From: an uncultured Gemmatimonadales bacterium | GTDB taxonomy: Bacteria > Gemmatimonadota > Gemmatimonadetes > Longimicrobiales > RSA9 | Reading direction: 5' to 3' | Assembly (NCBI GenBank): GCA_963798085.1 | Contig: CAWCRS010000008.1 | Location: forward strand, 224,001 to 288,000 | Length of the DNA stretch: 64,000 bases | Shown: in pieces, positions 37,299 through 45,281 of the stretch | Layout: each line of letters opens with the position of its first letter | How positions within the stretch are numbered: position 1 is the first letter of the stretch | Made by a program: the position numbers and the translations under genes | Notes under the pieces: model-generated | Database searches by the model: none | Told to the model about the DNA's origin: nothing | The model's input: the letters and a program-made list of their open reading frames with translations, nothing else

Positions 37299-39061
37299 GC
37301 TTCCGACGACGTGGTTATCCCGAGGTCCTGGAAAACCTGCTGACCTCGCTATCGGGCGGTGTTGCCGCCGAGACCCAGCCGTTCCCACCCGACGGCGCAA
37401 CCTCGCCCCCGTTCCGCATGTCGCTGGAACAGACGCAGGCACGCGATGTCATTTCCGTGCACGGCACGCGCAACGGCGAATCGCACCGCTTCCGCAAGGG
37501 CACCGACTTCACACTGGATGGCGCGGCACTGGTCTGGCCGGAAGCGGCGGAACTGCCGGATCCGGGCACGATCGTGCACGTCAACTACTTCGGCCCGCCC
37601 CGCGCTTCGCCCGTGACCGACATCCACACGGGCAGTGTCGTGCGCACACTCGCGGAGACCATTGCGCTCGAGATCGCGGGACTCTACGCGCAGCTGGAAG
37701 CCGTCTACGAGTCGGCGTTCATCGATACCGCGGACGGGCGCTCGCTGGATCACGTGGTGGCGCTGCTGGGCATCGAGCGCGTGCGCAGCGGCCGGGCGAC
37801 GACGCAGATCGAGTTCACGCGCGCACCCGGCAGCCGCGGCGCGATCACGATTCCCGCCGGCACACGCATCATGGACGAGCAGGGCGAGATCGAGTACGAG
37901 ACCACCGAGGAGGCCACACTGCCGCCCGAGCAGAAGACGATTCGAGTGGCCGCACGCGACCTCGAACCCAACGACCCCGTGGCCGCGGACACACTCACTG
38001 TCCTGCCTGTTCCCATCGCCGGCATCGTGCAGGTGAGCAATCCGGGCCCGGCCGTGCTGGGCACGAAGGATGAAACCGATGAAGAGCTCCGCACGCGCGC
38101 GAAGAGCTTCCTCCACGGCAGCGAACGCGCCACGATTGGGGCACTGCGTGGTGCCGTGACACGCCAGGGCGGCAACATCACGGCGGATGTCGTGGAAGAC
38201 GACACGCCGGGTTTCGTCTCCATCACGCCGCACGCGGAATCGCTGTCGCCCACACTGCACCAGCGGCTCCTCTCGGCCGTCAACGATGCGCGCCCCGCCG
38301 GTGTGCGCGTGACGCTCCAGGCCGAGGTGCCGCCGCGCAAGGTGAGTGTCGAACTGCGCCTGATAACCCTGAGCACACTGCTCGAGCAGGACCTGCGCGC
38401 CGCACACGACGCGGTCAAGGCGAAGATCACCGACTACTTCGCGAAACTGCCGGTCAGTGAGAATGGCAGTGTCAACAAGCTCGTGGGTCTGGCGCTGAGC
38501 GTGCCGGGTGTCGAGGATGTGCGCGTGCTGGGCGCCACGCTCGACAATGGCACGGACATTCTCGATCGCAATGCCGGACTGCTGCGTATTGCAGACCTGC
38601 CCACAGTGCTCGGCTCGCTGCGCGTGGCAGACCCCAACCTGGCCACCACGCTGCTGGCCGCGATCACGTTCCCCAACGGTGAAGCGCCGGCGGACGCGGC
38701 GCAGATCCAGGCGTCGCTCGAGGAACTGATTGCGTACGTGAACGCGATCAACGCCAGCGAGCCGGACGGCGCCGCCGATCAGGCCGCGCGTACCCTCAGC
38801 TACGGCAAGTTCCTGCTGGCCACGCCGTTGCCCGGCCATGCGGCGGGCAGTCTCGAGGATTTCAATGCGCAGGCCGCGAGCGGCACCGCTCCCGCGCTGC
38901 CTGATGCGAGTACGGCGCTGCCGTACCGCGTGAGCTTCGTGCTGACACAGGCCACAGGTCTGGCGACACGTCTCAGTCAGGCCGCTCAGAATTACACGCT
39001 GACACCGTTCGAGCGTCTGACACTGGGTGCGGTGCAGGTCGCGGTGGATGGCAATGCCTAG
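37295..39061 (+). CDS. Baseplate J-like protein (gpJ / Mu gp47 family) with N- and C-terminal extensions
   Basis: TDIHTGSVVRTLAE..FIDTADGRSLD..GIER, ITIPAGTRI, GTKDETDEELRTRA and RPAGVRV. Confidence 0.92.
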   Translation: MSFRRRGYPEVLENLLTSLSGGVAAETQPFPPDGATSPPFRMSLEQTQARDVISVHGTRNGESHRFRKGTDFTLDGAALVWPEAAELPDPGTIVHVNYFGPPRASPVTDIHTGSVVRTLAETIALEIAGLYAQLEAVYESAFIDTADGRSLDHVVALLGIERVRSGRATTQIEFTRAPGSRGAITIPAGTRIMDEQGEIEYETTEEATLPPEQKTIRVAARDLEPNDPVAADTLTVLPVPIAGIVQVSNPGPAVLGTKDETDEELRTRAKSFLHGSERATIGALRGAVTRQGGNITADVVEDDTPGFVSITPHAESLSPTLHQRLLSAVNDARPAGVRVTLQAEVPPRKVSVELRLITLSTLLEQDLRAAHDAVKAKITDYFAKLPVSENGSVNKLVGLALSVPGVEDVRVLGATLDNGTDILDRNAGLLRIADLPTVLGSLRVADPNLATTLLAAITFPNGEAPADAAQIQASLEELIAYVNAINASEPDGAADQAARTLSYGKFLLATPLPGHAAGSLEDFNAQAASGTAPALPDASTALPYRVSFVLTQATGLATRLSQAAQNYTLTPFERLTLGAVQVAVDGNA

Positions 39062-41826
39062 TTTGCCCGCGCTGATCGACCGGCTGCCATCGCTCTACCG
39101 GCCGGAACCCGACGACGGCACACTGCTGGCCACACTGCTGGCCAGTGTCGCCGCCGAGCTGGATGCTGCACGCGATGACACCAGCATGCTGCTGCCCGCG
39201 CACTGGGTGCTGCACGCGGATCGCGCGACGTTCGATCCCTGGTTCACACGCCGCCGCCAGCGGGCCGGGCTGCCCGCACTCGTTCCCACGGACCTGCTCG
39301 ATTTCGACGATGCGCGCAAGTTCCTCATCGCGGTGAAGGATGCGAACACACCGCTCACCGAATTCCTGCGCGATTCGCTCAGCAGCACGCTGCAGGCCGA
39401 GCTGGATGCGTGGGATGACGCCCTGCAGCCGCCGATCGTGCTGCAGCGCCACGCGCTGGATGCGCTGACCCGCCTGGCCCGTGGCGCGCTGCTCTACAAT
39501 GGGGCACGCTTCGATGGCGTGACCCTGTCCGCGGCAACTGTGGCGCGAGCCGAAGCGAACCCGCCGGGCGTCGAGCGCACTGCCGTGAACGTGCAGCTGC
39601 TGCTCGAGGCGTTCCCCGCCCAGCTGCGGGCCGCGTCGCTGGACCTGGCGTTCGTGCGCGATCTCGGGCGGCTGGGCGCACTCGTGCCCGTGGTGCCGTG
39701 GCGGGAACCGCTTTCGCTGCGCGAGACCGTCGAGGCGTTCCGCATCCGCATGCAGCGCATGGTGGCGCTCTACCGGCACGGCCTGGGCACCGTGAACGCA
39801 CTGCGCTCCGTTGTCGAGGCCACACTGCCCGTGGATTTCGCGCAACCCGCAGAGCTGCGCGATCGCCCGTTCGCCATCGAGGAGTTCACGCCGCTCGCCG
39901 TGACGGCGGTGGCCGCGCCCACCAATGGCCCGCCCGACAACCTAGTCGGGCCGCTCATGCGCTGGGTGATCGAGAATCCCGGCCTGAGCGCGGCGGCGCC
40001 GACGCTTCTCGTCACCGGACTCTCGCCCGCTGCCGGGATTGCCGCCACCTCCCACCCGCTGATCGAGCGGATCGGTGGTGGCAGCGGGCGCAAACACGTT
40101 GCTATCGGCTATGCCGGCACTGTGGCCGCCAGCGACACACTGCGGCTGCGTCCGACGTACGCCACGTGGACGCTCGGGCAGGCCGGACTCCTGCGTGCGG
40201 ATCACCTGCCGGATGGCGAGACACCCGCCGACCCCACCGAGCCCGGCGCCGCTGCGGCCGTGGCCGGTGCGCCTGCCGGCATTGTGGCGCTGTTCCAGAC
40301 CTCCGACGGCGTGCTCTGGGCCGCGGCCGACAATGGCGCCACGCTGGCCCGCTTCGATGGCGTCGCCTGGAACAGCTTCGCCTCCGGCCTGGCCGCCATC
40401 CGCTGCTTCGCCGAGCACGATGATGCGCTGCTGCTGGGTACAGCCGCTGGCCTGCTGCGAACCCCACTGTTCCCGGCACAGGGCGAAGACCCGACACCGG
40501 CGCCGGTTCCGGGCTTCGCGAACATCGCGGTTCGCAGCATCACGCCGCCAGAGGGTGGCACCGAACGGTGGCTGGGCACGGACACCGGCGCGCTCCACTG
40601 GGATGGCACCGGCTCGCCTGACATTGTCGTGCTGGGCGGCGGCGCGGGCATCAGCACCCCCGTGCACGCCCTCGCGCTCGATCCCGGTGGCGCCATCCAT
40701 TTCGCCTGTGACCTGGGCGTCTTCCAGTACCAGCCGATGCGGGCCGCGTGGTACTGGTACGCGGGCGATGCCTTCACCGAACAGACACCCGAGTGGCGGG
40801 CATTCAGCGCGACTGCCGACGGCACACCCGGGACCGGGAACGTCTTCCTGCCGGCCGTGCTGGATATTCGTCGCGGTCCCAATGCATCGCTCTGGCTGGC
40901 CACCGCGAATGGCATCGCACGCTACGTCGCGCTCGAGGTCGACAGCGGCAGCTATACGACCTGCCTCGAGGCGTTTCCCGACCTGTGCGCCGGGCCGGTC
41001 ACACAAATGCTCGAGGACGCGCGCGGCGGCATCTCGGTTCTGCACGGAGCGCGGGCTGCTGCGCTTCGATGGCCGCGACTGGTACCAGCGGCGAGGCGAG
41101 GCGTGGGTGCACCTGGGCCGCTCCAATGTGCTGCCCGGCGCAGCGGCGAGGCCGCGCGGCAGCTGGCGTTTCGACCGCGCCGGCAGCCGCTGGCAGCGCT
41201 TCGATACCGGCAGCGGCAGCTGGCTGACGCCCGTTACCCAGCTGCGCACCACGGGCGAGCCGGCGGTGACCCACGTGATGGTGACTGACCACGTCGTCGG
41301 CGACCTGGGCAGCTTCAATGGCGCCAGCTTCACGCACGCCTCGGACGTGGCCGCTAACGACGTGTTCATGCACGTCAAGCCGGCCGAGGACCGCATTGTC
41401 GTGGGCGGCATGCCGTATCTGCCACGCGTGCCCCCGGGCACCTCCGCGTGGCGCTATCTGGAGCGCGAGCCGGCCAATCTGCAGCCGCCAGCCGCGGGCG
41501 ACCGGCCCGCATGGAGCACCGAGGGACGGCTGTTTCCGCCGCCGCCCGCACTGGACGCACCCTACGCGGGCCGCCATGACGTGGACACGCCCGCCGACGG
41601 TCATTTCGACCAGGCCGTGTTTTCCTTTGATCCGGCCGCGCGCGTGACGTTCATCTTCGAGCCGCGCCGGCCCTGTGCGGTCCTGGTCCGGTTGTATCGA
41701 CGCGCCACTGATCCCGCTTACGACCCCGCTGTGCTGGACCGCGTCTGGGAAGGCATCCAGCGGGTCCGGCCCGCGGGTGTGCGCACCCTGCTTGCCGTGG
41801 ACGAGACCATCGTCAGGAGGAGCTGA
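39054..41826 (+). CDS. gpI-like baseplate wedge protein with inserted beta-propeller (~923 aa after repairing a +1 insertion at ~41035)
   Basis: LIDRLPSLYR N-terminus, FRIRMQR..GTVNALR and C-terminal IQRVRPAGVR. About seven repeats resembling W-x-G/A-T-x-x-G-L-x-R. Confidence 0.75.
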
Positions 41827-41828
41827 AC

Positions 41829-43331
41829 ATGCCGTTAGCCGCGAACCTGGGCACCAAGGCGCCCGGCCAGCTGATCAAGTCGGAAGACTGGAACGCACTG
41901 GTCGCCGGCGTGAACGCCATCGAAAGCGCACTGGATGCGCGCATCACCAGCGTGGAAGGCGCCGTGACCACGCTGGGTACACGCATGAACGCCGCCGAAG
42001 CGAACATCGGCGGACTGCGCAGCGATGTCGACGACATCCTCGCCAGTACCTTCCGTATCACGCTGGCGACGGCAAAGGTGAACTACGCGCTGGGCGAGCT
42101 GGCCGAGATCACGGCCACCGTGCGTGATGCCCGCGGCCAGATTCCCGCCACCATCGCCACGGCGCCGCCCTCCGTGGATTTCGTGACCACGTGGGGCAAC
42201 CTCAAGGCCGCGCCCGGCTTCGTTTCGGTGGCCGGCGAGGCGGAGCGCAGCATCTCGGTGCAGTGCAATGCGCAGGGCGAGGCGCGGGTGCGGCTGTCGT
42301 CGGAGATCCTGCACGACATGACCAACGACATGGAGCTGGAGTTCAGCAATTTCCTCGATACCAGGGTGGGCACGCAGAACCTGAGGTTTGCGGATGTCGT
42401 GCTGAGTTCGAGCACACCTTCGGATCAGGGCGTCGCCACCGCCTACAAGGCCGCGACCGCCAGCTACGACAGCCCGCAGACCGGCAACTTCCGCGAGTAC
42501 GTGGACAGCTATTACGTGGCTAACAGCACGCGCATCGCGGGCAAGATCGCGCCCAGCATCACGAATCAGTGGCGCCAGCAGTGGCGCGACCACCACATCA
42601 CGGTGCTGGCTTTCGGCAAGGCGGATGGCGATCCGCGCACGCCGGACAGTGGCCGCGGCGCCAATGCCATCCAGGTCACGTTCCGCGACTGGATCGGCTC
42701 CTGGATGATCATCGACTACATTCCCGGCGCCGCCCAGCGCGTGCCCCAGTACATCAGTGTGCTGCAGGGCGCGATAACCCTGGATTACGAGCAGTCCGCC
42801 AACCTGATGCGCGATGCCGTGCAGCAGCGTGTGCAGGGCTTCGGCCTGCTGGGCAAGACGCGCGAGTACGAGGCGCTGCGCGGTGCCCTCGACCAGGTCA
42901 ATCCGCCCCAGCCGGTGGCGTTCATGGCACAGCTGCGGCAGTCCATGAAGTCGGCGGTCACACTGCAGCAGTCCTTCCAGCAGGCCCAGCTCACGACACC
43001 GGGCGCGGCCGCGGAGGAAGTGGCGCTCAACGCCTTCACCAGCACGGCCGTGCGCGCCGATTCGGCCGTCGCCGGCGTGAACGCGCAGGTGCTGCAGGTG
43101 CAGCAGGCGGTGCAGCTGGCGCAGCAGAACATCAGCTCGCTGGGCAGCCGCCTCGATGCCACGGCGGCAACCGGCGGGCAGATCGATCAGCTGCGCGCCA
43201 ACCTCACGACCGTCACGGACCAGGTGCATGCACTCCGCGCACTGGGTGATCCCACTGTGGTCAGTGACCGGCTCAACTTCATCTCGTCCCTCGACAACCG
43301 GCTCACCCGCATCGAGCGTGGAGGCACCTGA
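41829..43331 (+). CDS. Putative tail fibre/fibre-attachment protein 1 (Ig-like core, coiled-coils)
   Basis: N-terminal PGQLIKSEDWN anchor-like motif, a coiled-coil, an Ig-like strand block and a C-terminal coiled-coil. Lies after the baseplate genes. Confidence 0.55.
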   Translation: MPLAANLGTKAPGQLIKSEDWNALVAGVNAIESALDARITSVEGAVTTLGTRMNAAEANIGGLRSDVDDILASTFRITLATAKVNYALGELAEITATVRDARGQIPATIATAPPSVDFVTTWGNLKAAPGFVSVAGEAERSISVQCNAQGEARVRLSSEILHDMTNDMELEFSNFLDTRVGTQNLRFADVVLSSSTPSDQGVATAYKAATASYDSPQTGNFREYVDSYYVANSTRIAGKIAPSITNQWRQQWRDHHITVLAFGKADGDPRTPDSGRGANAIQVTFRDWIGSWMIIDYIPGAAQRVPQYISVLQGAITLDYEQSANLMRDAVQQRVQGFGLLGKTREYEALRGALDQVNPPQPVAFMAQLRQSMKSAVTLQQSFQQAQLTTPGAAAEEVALNAFTSTAVRADSAVAGVNAQVLQVQQAVQLAQQNISSLGSRLDATAATGGQIDQLRANLTTVTDQVHALRALGDPTVVSDRLNFISSLDNRLTRIERGGT

Positions 43332-45268
43332 TGAGCAGTCGCCTGACCATTGCCGTGCAGGACGTGTCGCCGGCCAATGCGCAGCGCGTCCTGAACTTCC
43401 TCAACGCGGCCACCAGCGCGCAGCAGATCGCTGATACCATCGAGCTGCCCGGCGAGCTGGACATTGGCGTGCATCTCGCGCAGCGCCTGCTGGCGCGTCG
43501 CACACAGCTGGGCGGCTTCACCACGCTCCAGCAGGTGGCCGCTGTGCCGCTCATCGGACCCAAGCGCTTCACCGACATCATCATTTCCCTCACCGCGCAG
43601 CGCCCGAGCGGCGAGCCGCCCTCTCCCATCGACGCGCTGCAGCAGCAGCTGGATGCATTGCGGCGCCGCGTCGATGCCGGCAGCGCCGGTGCTGCCGCCG
43701 GGCGTCGTCGCCTGACCCTGTCCGCCGTGGGGCCGCACACTTTCCTGGGCCAGCCGCTGTCACTGGTGGCCACGCTGACGGAGGACGAACAGCCTGTTAC
43801 CGACGTGCCCATTGCCTTCGTTGCCACGCGTGGCGAGCTGAGCGCGCGCGACGGCTACGATGCCTGCCGCGGGCATTTCATCACCGCGCGCACCGGCATC
43901 GACGGCATCGTGCGACTCACGGTGCAGACGCGCACCACGGAAGCACTGTCGCCCCTGCAGCAGGATGCGCTGCTGTCAATGCTGGGCCTGCTCGATGCCG
44001 GCGCGCTGACACCCGCGGATGTCCAGGCGGGGCTGCAGGCCATGGCGCAGCAGTATGCGTGGGAAATCAATGTTCCCTTCCGTCAGGCCGTCGACATCTA
44101 CGTGCGCGATTATCACCCGCAGCTGCTCGACACCGTCAATCTGGTGGACAACCTGAGCGCATGGGTGTTCCAGGACTCGGCCGTGCTCGCGTTCGCGCCA
44201 GCCGAGGGAACGGGCGAGCAGGGCAGCTCCGTGGCGGCCACGGCCACGCTCCAGGTGCGCGCCACCGACTGGATCCCCGCGTTCCTCGAGACCTTTGTGG
44301 CGCTCACGCGGCAGAACAGCACGCTCACCGCCGAGCTGCGCGACATCTCGCTGACCTCGCCGGACCCGAGCGCCATGGTCAACGCGATGTACGACAAGGC
44401 TGGCGCCTATGTGGCATCGCGCTACGGCAAGGTGGGCGCGTACGTGGGGCGCAAGGTGGCCGAGTCGTCCATCCGTGGCTTCCTGGACCAGGACCTGGCC
44501 AGCCTGCCGCTGGACACGCGCATCGACCTGTTCCCCGCGCTGGATGTGGCCTCGCGCACGATCGCACACGCCGATGTCGGCGTGATCCAGGGGCTGGTCA
44601 GCACGCGCAAGGACATCACCCAGGACGTGGATCGCAAGATCGGCAAGGGCACGGTTACGCTGGGCCTGCTCAACACGCGCGTGGGCAAGGCCGAGGCCCA
44701 GCTGACGCAGGTTCCCGATAACACCGCATTGCTGAACCTGCGCACCGAAATGCTCAACGCCGTGCAGACCTCGCGCAACGATCTGACGCTTGCCATTGAT
44801 GCCACGCGCAAGGACCTGACCGTCGCCATTGACACCACGCGCAAGGACCTGACCACTTCGGTGGACGCGGCGCGCAAGGACTTCACGCTCGGCCTGTCGC
44901 AGACGAATGCGGACATCACGAAGCTGCGCACCAATGTGGACGCCATCAAGCCGCGACTCAATGCGACGCTCTCGCAGGCCGACCTGGACACGGCACTGGC
45001 CGACAAGGTCACCAACACACAGCTCAACAGCGCGCTTGCCGACCGTGTAACCACCACACAGATGGACACGGCACTGGCCGATCGCGTTACCACCACGCAG
45101 ATGAACACCGCCCTGTCGGACCGGGTGACCACGGCGCAGCTGAATGCCGGTCTGGCCACGCGCGTCGACACGGCCACATTCAACAGCTTCAGCGGCAACG
45201 TGAATCAGCAGTTCAAGACCGTGAACACGTCGATCACCACGATCAACGGCCGGCTGCCGCGGCAGTGA
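43331..45268 (+). CDS. Putative fibre protein 2: N-terminal helix-hairpin-helix domain, Ig-like core, C-terminal repeat coiled-coil
   Basis: FLNAAT..DIGVHLAQRLL..GGFTTLQQVAAVPLIGPKRF is a ComEA-type HhH pattern. 11-aa and 13-aa tandem repeats near the C-terminus; TGATG coupling. Confidence 0.65.
   Translation: MSSRLTIAVQDVSPANAQRVLNFLNAATSAQQIADTIELPGELDIGVHLAQRLLARRTQLGGFTTLQQVAAVPLIGPKRFTDIIISLTAQRPSGEPPSPIDALQQQLDALRRRVDAGSAGAAAGRRRLTLSAVGPHTFLGQPLSLVATLTEDEQPVTDVPIAFVATRGELSARDGYDACRGHFITARTGIDGIVRLTVQTRTTEALSPLQQDALLSMLGLLDAGALTPADVQAGLQAMAQQYAWEINVPFRQAVDIYVRDYHPQLLDTVNLVDNLSAWVFQDSAVLAFAPAEGTGEQGSSVAATATLQVRATDWIPAFLETFVALTRQNSTLTAELRDISLTSPDPSAMVNAMYDKAGAYVASRYGKVGAYVGRKVAESSIRGFLDQDLASLPLDTRIDLFPALDVASRTIAHADVGVIQGLVSTRKDITQDVDRKIGKGTVTLGLLNTRVGKAEAQLTQVPDNTALLNLRTEMLNAVQTSRNDLTLAIDATRKDLTVAIDTTRKDLTTSVDAARKDFTLGLSQTNADITKLRTNVDAIKPRLNATLSQADLDTALADKVTNTQLNSALADRVTTTQMDTALADRVTTTQMNTALSDRVTTAQLNAGLATRVDTATFNSFSGNVNQQFKTVNTSITTINGRLPRQ
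44984..45178 (+). repeat. Five 39-nt (13-aa) coding tandem repeats
   Basis: LDTALADKVTNTQ / LNSALADRVTTTQ / MDTALADRVTTTQ / MNTALSDRVTTAQ / LNAGLATRVDTAT. Confidence 0.85.
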
Positions 45269-45281
45269 CCAGGGCAGATCG

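Noticed and set aside
44770..45178. CRISPR array or non-coding repeat
   Set aside because: The repeats are degenerate, in frame (33 and 39 nt), have no spacers and lie inside a CDS. No cas genes are in the window.
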